Origin: Nitrospira sp. | GTDB lineage: Bacteria; Nitrospirota; Nitrospiria; Nitrospirales; Nitrospiraceae | Length of the DNA stretch: 64,000 bases | Assembly (NCBI GenBank): GCA_024330925.1 | Contig: JANDJK010000003.1 | Coordinates: 2,075-66,074, forward strand | Direction: 5' to 3' | Shown: piece by piece, positions 11,051 through 20,586 of the stretch | How positions within the stretch are numbered: position 1 is the stretch's first letter | Layout of the letters: each line of letters begins with the position of its first letter | The notes under the pieces: model-generated | What the model saw: only the letters and a program-made list of their open reading frames with translations | The model's database searches: none | Told to the model about the DNA's origin: nothing | Program-made: the position numbers and the translations under genes

Positions 11051-11311
11051 GCTGCTTACAATCAGGCTCGGGTTGGGAAACCGTCTCGTTCACGCGCGGC
11101 ATGCTGTTCGCTCTGAACATGGCAATCATCGGTCGCAGACCTGAGCGCCGCTGCGGCACCAATGCTCTTGCCTCGTGCCCCGTTCGGATGCTGGCTTGCC
11201 CCATCCGCTCGCAGCCCCGCGCTCCGTTAGAACGACGCCACGCGGGAAAGCGACGATCGGAAACCACGCCCTCCACGCCACACAATCGAGAGCAGAGCCA
11301 AGACCGACCCC

Positions 11312-11497
11312 TCAAGCCTCTTCGACCTGAATGACGGCCTTTCCTTTATAAGTCCCGCAGTTCAAGCAGGTGTAATGCGGCAGTTTCCATTCATGACACT
11401 GGGGACAGATAGACATCCCCGGCGGCGTCATGCGCAGCTTCTGGGTGCGACGCTGATCACGTCGTGCCCGCGAATGTTTGTGTTTTGGATTTGGCAT
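11312..11497 (-). CDS. rpmF: 50S ribosomal protein L32 (zinc-ribbon form)
   Basis: MPNPKHKHSRARRDQRR...CPQC...HYTCLNCGTYKG; start trimmed to ATG 11497. Confidence 0.96.
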   Translation of the reverse strand: MPNPKHKHSRARRDQRRTQKLRMTPPGMSICPQCHEWKLPHYTCLNCGTYKGKAVIQVEEA

Positions 11498-11529
11498 GTA
11501 GCTCCTTCGTTGTGCCAGCAGCGGCACGC

Positions 11530-12141
11530 TTATCGGTTTGCCGAATTTTGGGCTCTCCCTTGCCTGCCCAACAGAGACAGGAACGGACTGTCTGCCAATT
11601 CCCCCGTACACTGGCATGGGCCTTCATTCAAATCCTTCCCACACTGTGGGCAAAGACCCAAGCAATCCTCCTGGCAGAGAGGATGCATCGGCGAGGCCAG
11701 AATCAATTGCTCCCGCAGCATCGGAGCGAGCTCTAAATGATCACCGGAGTAGTAGTACAGGTTGTCGTCCGGCTCCTCTTCAGGATGAACCCGAACCACT
11801 ACACCCGATCGTTTCCGGGCCGTTTGCACCTGCTTCATAGGAAATGCCGGAGGCTTGCTCGCCCGCTCATACACCACATGAACGGCAAACGCGAGGGGAT
11901 CATCAAATTCTTTAAGACACCGAACGCACTGGCGGATAGCTGTTCCTTCGAGGACGCCGGTGACACAAATGGTTTTCCCTGCCACGCGAAAATCGAGTCC
12001 CACAGCCAATGTCCCCCGGAGTGTAAGATCGTCCCGTGTCAACCCCAAATCTTCCGCTGTCAGATCGCCGGACAGTGATTGGGCATGGGCGACAATATCC
12101 GCAACTTTTGGTGTCAAAAGATCCATATCTCCCTCTCCCAT
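11530..12141 (-). CDS. yceD: YceD/DUF177 family protein
   Basis: CVRCLKEF, LREQLILASPMHPLCQEDCLGLCPQCG; directly upstream of rpmF. Confidence 0.92.
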   Translation of the reverse strand: MGEGDMDLLTPKVADIVAHAQSLSGDLTAEDLGLTRDDLTLRGTLAVGLDFRVAGKTICVTGVLEGTAIRQCVRCLKEFDDPLAFAVHVVYERASKPPAFPMKQVQTARKRSGVVVRVHPEEEPDDNLYYYSGDHLELAPMLREQLILASPMHPLCQEDCLGLCPQCGKDLNEGPCQCTGELADSPFLSLLGRQGRAQNSANR

Positions 12142-12186
12142 TCCCCGTCATCTTCCTCTGTTGCGCAACCCACCCCTCGCTGACAC

Positions 12187-12447
12187 TCACGGCCGCTCTT
12201 CCGCAAAGCTCACGATTGCGATATGCCTCGCTCGTTTGATAGCAACTGTCAGCTCGCGCTGATGACGCAAACAATTGCCCGAAATCCGACGGGGGACAAT
12301 GCGTCCCCGTTCAGTCAAGAAATTTTTCAAGAGACCAGCATCTTTAAAGTCGATGGGTGTCTTGTCCACGCAGAAACGGCAGGGGCGCTTACGATGAAAC
12401 AGTTTCCCTCCCCCTCCGCTTCGCTCTCCCTCGCTACTCCGTTCCAT
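12187..12447 (-). CDS. rpsR: 30S ribosomal protein S18
   Basis: [36 protein letters not shown]. Confidence 0.97.
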   Translation of the reverse strand: MERSSEGERSGGGGKLFHRKRPCRFCVDKTPIDFKDAGLLKNFLTERGRIVPRRISGNCLRHQRELTVAIKRARHIAIVSFAEERP

Positions 12448-12478
12448 CCCCTCCCCTCCTCTTACTCATTCTCCACAA

Positions 12479-12880
12479 CTAGATCGGCTCATCGAGGTCG
12501 TAGGCAAGATCCTCGTGATCCGACACCTCTACCGCTCCGGAAGCACCATCCTGTCGTTTCGGCAAAAAGGTGACACTCTGCGCCACGATCTCGTGTTTGC
12601 TTCGCTTCTGACCATCTTCAGTTTCCCATCGCCGCTGTTGAAGCCGCCCTTCGACGATGACACCATGGCCTTTGCTCAAGTACTGGCCACAGTGTTCTGC
12701 CTGTTTGCCGAACACGACAATGTCCACAAAACAGACTTCTTCTTTCAGTTCATCCCCCTGCTTGAAGCGGCGGCTCACCGCCAGGCCGAAACTAGCCACT
12801 GGCGTCCCATTCGGGGTGTACCGCAATTCCGGATTTCTAGTCAGATTGCCTAACAGAATAACCTTGTTAAACCCTGCCAC
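12479..12880 (-). CDS. ssb: Single-stranded DNA-binding protein
   Basis: NKVILLGNLTRNPELRYT, VEGRLQQRRWE, acidic tail ending EPI; in rpsF-ssb-rpsR order. Confidence 0.97.
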   Translation of the reverse strand: MAGFNKVILLGNLTRNPELRYTPNGTPVASFGLAVSRRFKQGDELKEEVCFVDIVVFGKQAEHCGQYLSKGHGVIVEGRLQQRRWETEDGQKRSKHEIVAQSVTFLPKRQDGASGAVEVSDHEDLAYDLDEPI

Positions 12881-13223
12881 TCTCGGCTCCTACAGACTCT
12901 TGAACTGCTGGCTCCATCACCTGGCGAAGCGGCAATTCCTTTTCGTGCTGCACAGTGAGGAATTTGATGATATGGTCCTCCAACCGATAGGCTCGTTCCA
13001 ACTCACCCACCGTCTGACTCGGAGCCTTAAAATAGAAGTAGGCATAGGTGCCTCTTCGTTCGCGACGCACCTCATACGCCAGTTTTCTCTTACCCAGGTT
13101 TTCAATCTTCATGAACTGGGCGCCGGCCCTCTCGGCTACGTTTTTCATTTTCTCAATCAGCGCATTCGTCTCATCATCGGAAAGAGACGGACGAATAATG
13201 AACAAGGACTCGTAGATCCTCAT
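12867..13223 (-). CDS. rpsF: 30S ribosomal protein S6
   Basis: MRIYESLFIIRP, LGKRKLAYEV, IIKFL; SD GGAGG before ATG 13223. Confidence 0.97.
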   Translation of the reverse strand: MRIYESLFIIRPSLSDDETNALIEKMKNVAERAGAQFMKIENLGKRKLAYEVRRERRGTYAYFYFKAPSQTVGELERAYRLEDHIIKFLTVQHEKELPLRQVMEPAVQESVGAESGRV

Positions 13224-13296
13224 GCGGCAATCCTCCTGGACAAAGGCCCCCGAACCAGTCGGGAGCGAGGGATAGGGCGCCTGTTGGCGCAATCGG
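13224..13296 (-). promoter_or_regulatory. Structured rpsF leader, possible S6:S18 autoregulatory element
   Basis: Two short hairpins in the leader (13277-13290 and 13249-13263). S6:S18 feedback RNAs are widespread upstream of rpsF. No covariance model was run. Confidence 0.3.
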
Positions 13297-13302
13297 AAAG
13301 CG

Positions 13303-13332
13303 ACCGTAGCACAAGATCGAAACACCTGTCAA
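13303..13332 (-). promoter_or_regulatory. Putative sigma70 promoter of rpsF-ssb-rpsR
   Basis: TTGACA, 18 nt, extended -10 TG-c-TACGGT. Confidence 0.55.
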
Positions 13333-13407
13333 TAAAGGCACCTCCTGCAAGGGTCGTGGAAGCCCATGAGGCGTCAGCCCCTCGTTAGCTGCGCTAGACT
13401 CGTACGG

Positions 13408-13859
13408 ATGTCAGCAGCCTTCGATGATCTTTTTTACATTTCACATCCTCAACGAACTCCCCTTCCCTGCTGCGTGAGGGGAATGCCGGCTTGGGGAACA
13501 TGGGGCACTTCACAAGTAACGCACGACCTCGATGCCCCAATCGCCATTGGTCACGCTGACCGGCCTCAACTCTTGCAAGCCCTGGAAGAGTGCCAATTTG
13601 TAGCTGGTGCCAAGGGACGGAACCCAGCCCAATGACCAGGAATTCCCTCATTCGATTACGACGTGGAGCCATCTCCGTCGATCCCATGCTCCCAAAGGAC
13701 GACTACGATCGGACCAGTCTCAGCCACCGTCAGGACTACGTATTCGGCAACCGGTCCCTGTGCATCATTTCCCCGGAAGACTTGGTGATTCGCAAATATT
13801 ATCGACTGGGTAAAGAAGCTTGGAATCTGGGAAGAACAGCGGTAGTAGACCCAGGCTGA
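13408..13859 (+). pseudogene. Frameshifted, truncated nucleotidyltransferase (DUF6036/MNT-like)
   Basis: Fragments in different frames: HILNEL, WGTWGT..THDLD (Pol-beta-like DxD), and ISVDPMLPKDDYDRTSL...IISPEDLVIRK. At least two frameshifts; C-terminus lost. Confidence 0.6.
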
Positions 13860-14228
13860 TACCTCAAGACCTCAACTTATTGAGCAGCAGAACAATCCCG
13901 AACGCCCGATGCTCATGCTCGGCATTCGCTCACTCTGACGAGTGCTACGGGAAGCACACAGGTGGGACACCCAACCCCCATCGATGTCCCCCTGATGGAA
14001 CAACCAGGCACTGGCCTGTTCGTTACTTGTTCTCCCCCACCGGGCGTTGGGAATAATGGCGCTCAGCCCGCTCCCAATCGCTCCTTCATACCAGAACCGC
14101 TCTCCGTGCACTCGGCCGGGATCACCAAGCCAAGTGCCAGAAGAACGGCCCCCTTCAAAACAGACTGAAACTGCTCTCCAATACTCAGTTCACGGGCAGA
14201 GGTTCTCTCCCTATGCTTGCCATCTGTC

Positions 14229-14932
14229 TCAGCCTTGGCACCGGGCAAAGTCAACTAGATAGATGACCCTACCGCCGAAGAGCCGCGCCGCCGCACCAGC
14301 ACCGTGGCCGGCTTTTCCTATCACGCGAAGATGTTCCGGCCGTTCGAACAGACGCACGGTATGGCCCTGAACCTCGATGAGATCGTGGAGGCCTCGTTCC
14401 TCCATGAGGGGGAGCACGTCAACCCGCTCGTTGCGGCGTTCAAGAAAGTCAATGAACCCTTTGGGCGAGGCATTTTGCCGGAGAAATTCTTCCAACCTGC
14501 GCCAGAGTTTTGGCCAGATGGGTGGAATGGCGGCCAGATCTTTGTAGCCGGTGACCGTGCCCCCGGTAAGGGCGCGATCGAGCGGCCAATACCCCACCTT
14601 GTTCTTTCTGGCGTAGGCCACGGCCTCAGTACTCTCTTCTCGGAGCGTCGCGAAGAGCGTGTTGTAGTACAGCGGATAGGCAAAGCCAGCCTTGACCTGC
14701 TTGATGTTAACCGATTGTCGTAATAAGGCACGGTTCAGAAGCACCGCAGCCCCATCCTTCCTGGACGTGGCTCCGGCAAACGCAAAGGCAATCGGGCGCC
14801 CCGACCGATTGCCGGCGGCTTGCCTTCTACTTGTCTCCACAGCTTTGGATTATCCGCCAGGAAGCGAACCGAGTCCTCATCGGGAATACCAGCCAGCAGC
14901 TTGAATCGGCCCTTGATGAGGGTAAACGGCAT
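14229..14932 (-). pseudogene. Internally deleted, frameshifted thermonuclease (SNase)-like nuclease
   Basis: N-terminus MPFTLIKGRFK..GIPDEDSVRFLADNPKLW in one frame. C-terminal part GRPIAFAFAG...SVN...GFAYPLYYNTLF...ARKNKVGYW..D in another frame. The expected central IDAxE segment is absent. Confidence 0.6.
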
Positions 14933-15060
14933 GGGAGGGCTCCTTTCGTTGGCGCAATGCAACGAAGCCGGATGCTCTCGCCACAGCTACTCGGCGAACA
15001 CCGCCATGTTTTTCAGTCGTCGCGGTGGTTGAATGCCGCTGGTCGGAGCAGACTGCTTTT

Positions 15061-15497
15061 CTACGACACCAGGTATCCCCCACACTGACCTTTCTCTTCA
15101 TCAGCGCTCGGCTATACCCAAACACCGAGACGAACGGTCCCATCACCGGAAACCGGGCTACGTAGCTGCTGATGTGATAGGGACTACCATGCCAACTCCC
15201 TCGCCCCGAGACTTCGATGAAAGTGGTGCTCTGGGGGCCGCTCAAGTTTTCCTCCAGATTGACATAGCGGCGGGCGCCCATCGTCCCTTTCGCGTCGAAG
15301 GCGAAGATTACGCCCAAATCGACCGGCGGCTCATCCGCCGCCGTCTGACTAAATCGCACAAACATGTTGATATGCCGGTACCCATCAATCCCTGTGTAGG
15401 GCGGGAGGCTGATCCCAACACTGGGCGGTACGTCGTGATCGGTCATGAACTTGATGATCTTGGTGCAGGCCGGCTGACAGGGACCTTGCTGTGGCAT
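15061..15497 (-). pseudogene. Beta-rich hypothetical protein with a probable 3' frameshift (ORF track extends it to 14877)
   Basis: Strong SD AAAGGAGG before ATG 15497. Protein-like sequence up to KRKVSV. Adding one base in the GTGGGGGA tract gives ...VSVxGYLVS-stop at 15061. Confidence 0.5.
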
Positions 15498-15919
15498 GGG
15501 AACCTCCTTTCTGTTTCAGAAAAATGTTCGAGATACCACTCCGTTTATTTCTCTCCCGTTGCTTGTGCTCAATTGCAGACCTCACGTGCGCGACCACGAC
15601 GTGTATGCCCCTCGTGGCACAAGGCGAACCCGACCGCCCGCTCATGGGCTTCTTCACATGGCCAATTCCAACTTGCACTCCACCCACCCGAACGGGGACA
15701 GTGTGATCCGATCCCCTCCACCTGCCAATGACCATTTACGGAGAACTACTTGATCCTCATCGCTATTCACTCACCGCCGCGCGCAACTCGCGTTTCCGAT
15801 TCCAGCGAGCCGAGCCGCAGAGCCCCACCGGCTCCCGCTTACAGTCCATCACGAGAGCCATACGCACTCCTGCAACAATGGTTCGCAATCCGCTTACGTG
15901 GTGGACGGTGGGAGAGGCG

Positions 15920-17011
15920 TCAGACGTTGAACCGAAAATAGACGATGTCGCCTTCCTGGATCACGTAATCTTTCCCTTCAAGGCGGAAGAGGCCCTTCTC
16001 CTTCACCTTGGCCTCGGAGCCGCAGGCGATCAAATCATCATAATGATAGACCTCGGCACGGATGAACCCGCGCTCCATATCCGAGTGAATTTTCCCCGCC
16101 GCTTGCGGGGCCTTGGTGCCACGCGGAATGGGCCAGGCCCGCGATTCGGTTTCTCCGGCGGTGAAAAAGGTGACGAGGTTGAGCAGTCCGTACGCTTCGC
16201 GCGTGAGCCGGACAAGACCTGATTCGGCCAACCCCAGTTCCTTGAGAAAGGCCGCCCGTTCGGCCTCCGGCAACGAGGCCACCTCCGCCTCAAGCTGGCC
16301 GCAGAGGACCACCACCCCGGCGCCGCGCTTTGCGGCGAACTCGCGCACGGCCTGCACCATCGCGTCCTCAGTCGTCGTGCTCTCCGAGACATTGGCCACA
16401 AATAGAACCGGCTTGGCGGTGAGCAATTGACACTCATTGAGAATCAGTCGCTCGTCGGGCGTGTAAGTCCGATTGCCGAGCCACTGCCCGTTATCAAGTT
16501 GATTCATCAACCGTCCAAGAAACTCGACCTCGAAGGCGGCCTTCTTGTCACCTGCCCGGACCTTCTTTTCCGTTTTTTGTTTGCGACGTTCAAGCGTCTC
16601 CAGATCGGCCAGCATCAATTCGGTTTCGATGACCCCGATGTCGCGAAGGGGGTCGACGGTTCCACTCACGTGCACCACGTCGGTTCCCTGAAAACAACGC
16701 ACGACGTGCAACAGCGCGTCCACCTCGCGGATATGGCCCAAAAACTGATTGCCCAGCCCTTCGCCCTTGCTGGCCCCTTCGACCAACCCGGCGATGTCCC
16801 GCACTTCGAGCGTGCTGTAGGTGGTTTTTCTTGACTTGAAGATAGCAGTGAGGACGCTCAATCGTGGATCAGGAACCAGGGCAATACCGATGTTGGGATC
16901 GACGGTTGCAAACGGGTAATTGGCCGCCAAGGCCCCGCCGCCGGTCAGGGCATTGAAGACCGTCGTTTTGCCGACGTTCGGGAGCCCGATCATGCCGCAA
17001 CAAAGTCCCAT
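15920..17011 (-). CDS. ychF: Redox-regulated ATPase YchF (Obg-like)
   Basis: GMIGLPNVGKTTVFNALT, ANYPFATVDPN, DIAGLVEGASKGEGLGNQFL, IHSDMERGFIRAEV. Confidence 0.98.
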   Translation of the reverse strand: MGLCCGMIGLPNVGKTTVFNALTGGGALAANYPFATVDPNIGIALVPDPRLSVLTAIFKSRKTTYSTLEVRDIAGLVEGASKGEGLGNQFLGHIREVDALLHVVRCFQGTDVVHVSGTVDPLRDIGVIETELMLADLETLERRKQKTEKKVRAGDKKAAFEVEFLGRLMNQLDNGQWLGNRTYTPDERLILNECQLLTAKPVLFVANVSESTTTEDAMVQAVREFAAKRGAGVVVLCGQLEAEVASLPEAERAAFLKELGLAESGLVRLTREAYGLLNLVTFFTAGETESRAWPIPRGTKAPQAAGKIHSDMERGFIRAEVYHYDDLIACGSEAKVKEKGLFRLEGKDYVIQEGDIVYFRFNV

Positions 17012-17076
17012 GATGTGAAATTCGACAGTTCGGGAGTGTCCTTCGTCACGCGTGAACACTCAACAGCAGGCATCTT

Positions 17077-17661
17077 TCACAACTCGCCGCCTGCTTTTCT
17101 GTCTCGCACGTTGAACCGGTTCATCGCCGCCATGACCCCCTGCTGGATCACCCACTCCAAGGCATCCACCGCCCGCTCAAGACAGGGATCGAACAGGCAC
17201 ATCTCCTCCGCGGTAACCGGCTCCAACACATAGTCGGCGGGGTTTTGACCGGGCGCCGGACGGCCGATCCCGATTTTGACCCGCACGAACCGAGACGTGC
17301 CGAGCGCCTCGATCACGGATCGCACACCGTTGTGCCCACCGTGCCCCCCGTCGGATTTGACGCGGAGTCGCCCGGGCTCCAGGTCGAGATCGTCGTGGAT
17401 GAGAATGAGATCGTCGGGTGTCAGATTGAGCTCTCGCAGGAGACTTTTGATGGGAGGGCCCGTGATATTCATCCAATCGAGCAAGCCGGCCAACGTGACC
17501 GGCTCCGATCCGAGCCGTCCGGTTCCAATTCGAGCGGTCCGACGCGATTGGAGAGAGATCGTCCATCGAGCGGCAGCCCGCTCGATCACCCACATCCCGA
17601 CGTTGTGACGGGTCCGAACGTAGGCTGGTCCGGGATTGCCCAATCCGACAAGAAGGCGCAA
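17077..17661 (-). CDS. pth: Peptidyl-tRNA hydrolase
   Basis: LVGLGNPG, TRHNVG, HDDLDL, GGHGGHNG, RVKIGIGRP. Confidence 0.98.
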   Translation of the reverse strand: MRLLVGLGNPGPAYVRTRHNVGMWVIERAAARWTISLQSRRTARIGTGRLGSEPVTLAGLLDWMNITGPPIKSLLRELNLTPDDLILIHDDLDLEPGRLRVKSDGGHGGHNGVRSVIEALGTSRFVRVKIGIGRPAPGQNPADYVLEPVTAEEMCLFDPCLERAVDALEWVIQQGVMAAMNRFNVRDRKAGGEL

Positions 17662-17663
17662 CG

Positions 17664-18431
17664 TTATTTCTTCTTTTCAGCCTCTTTCTTTTCCGCCTTG
17701 GGCGCCGCTTCCTTCTTTTCAGCGGCCTTTCCTTCGCCGGCCGCCCCTCCAGCCTTGGCCACCTCGGCGCCAGCGCCTTCACCCGCTGCCTCTTTGCCCT
17801 TGGCAATGACTTCTGGCTCCGCTCCCGCCGCAGCGCCGCTAGTCAGAAGAGCTTCGAGCTTGGCATCGGAAAGCGGCGCTGCCACGCTTACCACCATTTG
17901 ATCGGGATCATCCAACAACCGAATCCCCTCGCCCACCGTGAGTTCCTTGACATGGATGCCGCTACCAATGGTCAACGCTGACGCATCGACCTCAATATGA
18001 TCGGGCAACACCGTTGGCAGACATTCGATGAACAATTCCCGCAGGTTGTGATGCAACACGCCTCCTTCCTTGACGCCGACAGGAGTCCCACCGACGACCT
18101 GAATCGGCACCTTGACCCGAATCGGCTTGCTCATCGACACCTCAAAGAGGTCGGCGTGCAACACAGTCCCCTTTACAGGATCAAGTTGATAGTCGCGCAG
18201 CAGCGCCGTCCGCTGAGGATTAGACTTGGCTCCCTCAATGGTCAGCGTAATCAACGCTGCACTGCCTGCGGGCGATTTCAAAATCTTCATCAACGAAGTC
18301 GGACTCACGGATAACAACATGCACTCGCCTTGCCCATACAACACCGCCGGAATTTTTCCCGCCCGACGCATGGCCCTGGCCGCTCCCTTCCCTGCTCGCT
18401 CTCGCACCGTCGCCACCAGCTCAAACCTCAT
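17664..18431 (-). CDS. rplY: 50S ribosomal protein L25/general stress protein Ctc (long form)
   Basis: AARAMRRAGKIPAVLYG, HADLFEV, GTPVGVKEGG, Ala/Glu/Lys-rich tail. Confidence 0.96.
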   Translation of the reverse strand: MRFELVATVRERAGKGAARAMRRAGKIPAVLYGQGECMLLSVSPTSLMKILKSPAGSAALITLTIEGAKSNPQRTALLRDYQLDPVKGTVLHADLFEVSMSKPIRVKVPIQVVGGTPVGVKEGGVLHHNLRELFIECLPTVLPDHIEVDASALTIGSGIHVKELTVGEGIRLLDDPDQMVVSVAAPLSDAKLEALLTSGAAAGAEPEVIAKGKEAAGEGAGAEVAKAGGAAGEGKAAEKKEAAPKAEKKEAEKKK

Positions 18432-18495
18432 GGTAATGCTCCTTTTACTCTCTTTCGCCGCTGAACACAGACCACCCCACTCTCAACATCCAGAC

Positions 18496-19446
18496 TTATG
18501 CAAAGAGTGAACTGACCGATTCGTCTTCATGGATGCGCCGAATCGCTTCCCCCAAGAGAGGAGCGACCGATAATTGGTGCAACTTAGGACACACCCGCTC
18601 TTTCCCCCGTAAGGGAATGGTGTTGGTCGTCACAACGTGCGTGACACACGAATTCTGCAGTCGTTCTAACGCCGGACCAGACAACACAGCATGTGTGCAG
18701 GCGGCCCAAACTTCGCGGGCCCCTTGATCTGCACAGGCCTGTGCCCCCTGCACGATTGTGCCAGCAGTATCAATCATATCATCAAGCAAAAGGACGCTTT
18801 TGCCTTTTACGTCACCGATGATGTTCATCACCTGAGCTTGATTCGGTCCTTCTCGCCGCTTATCGATGATTGCGAGCGTCGCCTGAACCCGCTTCGCAAA
18901 TGCTCGGGCCCGCTCCACACCACCAGCATCGGGGGAGACCAACACCAGATCATCGACTTTCCGCTTTTGAATGTATTCCAGTAAGACCGGCATGGCGTAG
19001 AGATGGTCCACTGGCACATTAAAGAATCCTTGGATCTGCCCCGCATGCAGATCCATCGTCAGCACCCGATTGGCCCCCGCCGTTGTGATCAGATCGGCAA
19101 CCAGCTTGGCCGTGATCGGCACGCGCGGCTGATCCTTGCGATCCTGACGGGCATATCCGAAATAGGGAATGACCGCGGTGATGCGATTCGCCGATGACCG
19201 TTTGAGGGCGTCAATGATGATCAACAGCTCCATCAACGAATCATTGACGGGATGGCAGCAGGACTGCACGACAAAGACGTCCGCCCCCCGTACGTTTTCT
19301 TCAATCTTGACCCGAATTTCTCCATCACTAAACGAGGAGACGGTCGCTTCTCCAAGGTTTTGCCCCAAATACGCACAGATTTCCTGCGCCAGGGCAAGGT
19401 TAGCATTGCCAGAAAAGATTTTGAGTTCTTTGTTCATGGAACACAC
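18496..19446 (-). CDS. prs: Ribose-phosphate pyrophosphokinase
   Basis: [44 protein letters not shown]. Confidence 0.98.
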   Translation of the reverse strand: MCSMNKELKIFSGNANLALAQEICAYLGQNLGEATVSSFSDGEIRVKIEENVRGADVFVVQSCCHPVNDSLMELLIIIDALKRSSANRITAVIPYFGYARQDRKDQPRVPITAKLVADLITTAGANRVLTMDLHAGQIQGFFNVPVDHLYAMPVLLEYIQKRKVDDLVLVSPDAGGVERARAFAKRVQATLAIIDKRREGPNQAQVMNIIGDVKGKSVLLLDDMIDTAGTIVQGAQACADQGAREVWAACTHAVLSGPALERLQNSCVTHVVTTNTIPLRGKERVCPKLHQLSVAPLLGEAIRRIHEDESVSSLFA

Positions 19447-19659
19447 ATTCAGCCATCGTCCGCTTGGAGACTGCTTAGATTAGAAATGAGACGTACCTGT
19501 GACTTTTCTTCGTTCTCTCCGTTCGGAGAGCGATGGGATCATGTCACGTGCTGTCGAGGGCCCCCTTGTGCGACTTCAATGAAGCGCCTGCCGACTCTAT
19601 CGAAAATGTCTGGCAACTGTCAACCAACCTTGATGAGCCTCCCCTTGGGTTGCTCGTAT

Positions 19660-20586
19660 TTACGACAAGCACTCTAACGGGCCGCTTCTGGTTGAAACGA
19701 CAACGATCCGTTCCTTCCCATCAGTCGGATACTCGCTCGCGGCTCGCCGGGCTTGTTGCTCATTGCGAAAGATACCGAACATGGTAGCGCCGCTGCCGGA
19801 CAAGAGAGCCACTTCCGCTCCCAGCGTCAACAACCGGTCCTTGATGGTCTGTAAGACAGGATAGGTTGCAAACACGGGAGCTTCAAAATCGTTCTCGGCT
19901 CTCGCCAGAACTGACTCCCACGACAGCCGCTGTTCTCTCACTAAATTTGCATGGGCTTCGGCAAGCGGCCGCACCTGAGTGCGGGACGCAGAAAGGGTGT
20001 GATAGGCCCATTTCGTTTCGACTGAAAATCCAGGATTCACCAGGACAAGCCAGCGAGCTCCACTCAGGCAAACAGGCATGACCTCTTCCCCTCGTCCCGT
20101 GACAACCGCCGTCGGAGCGAAAAAAAAGAACGGCACGTCGCTTCCCACCACTTGGCCAACCTGCACCATCTCCGCTACCGACCATCGTAAATCGAGCAAT
20201 CGATTCAGGCCAATGATCGTGGCCGCCGCATCGCTACTTCCTCCCCCCAACCCCGCTCCCATCGGAATGCGCTTGATGAGCGAGATGTCTAGTCCGATGT
20301 TCTGTCGGCAACGACGCAACACTGTCTCAGCAGCCCGATAAACCAAATTCGTCCGATCGGTGGTCAAGGAGGGATCATTGCAGTACAGCCGAATGCCGTC
20401 AATGTCTCCGCCCACCCGAATAGAGACCTCATCCTCCAACCCGACAGTCTGCATCACCGACCAGAGGTTGTGAAAGCCATCGGGGCGACGATCGAGCACG
20501 CGCAGCACCAGATTCACTTTGGCGGGAGCACGTACCGTGACGCGATGGGAAGCAGACGGCGACCGTCCTGAGGATACGTTAGTCAC
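19660..20586 (-). CDS. ispE: 4-diphosphocytidyl-2-C-methyl-D-erythritol kinase
   Basis: APAKVNL, KRIPMGAGLGGGSSDAA, GSDVPFF, LSGSG. Confidence 0.97.
   Translation of the reverse strand: MTNVSSGRSPSASHRVTVRAPAKVNLVLRVLDRRPDGFHNLWSVMQTVGLEDEVSIRVGGDIDGIRLYCNDPSLTTDRTNLVYRAAETVLRRCRQNIGLDISLIKRIPMGAGLGGGSSDAAATIIGLNRLLDLRWSVAEMVQVGQVVGSDVPFFFFAPTAVVTGRGEEVMPVCLSGARWLVLVNPGFSVETKWAYHTLSASRTQVRPLAEAHANLVREQRLSWESVLARAENDFEAPVFATYPVLQTIKDRLLTLGAEVALLSGSGATMFGIFRNEQQARRAASEYPTDGKERIVVVSTRSGPLECLS

Noticed and set aside
11051-11311. 260-bp gap between rpmF and plsX as an sRNA or small gene
   Set aside because: No convincing ORF with SD, terminator or recognisable RNA motif.
17664-17900. Ala/Glu/Lys-rich repetitive 3' end of rplY
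   Set aside because: This is an ordinary disordered tail of long L25/Ctc proteins.
19447-19659. tRNA-Gln often found between ispE and prs
   Set aside because: No cloverleaf or T-loop GTTCRA arm with an acceptor stem was found. Only a 6-bp hairpin (CTCTCC-GTTC-GGAGAG) is present.
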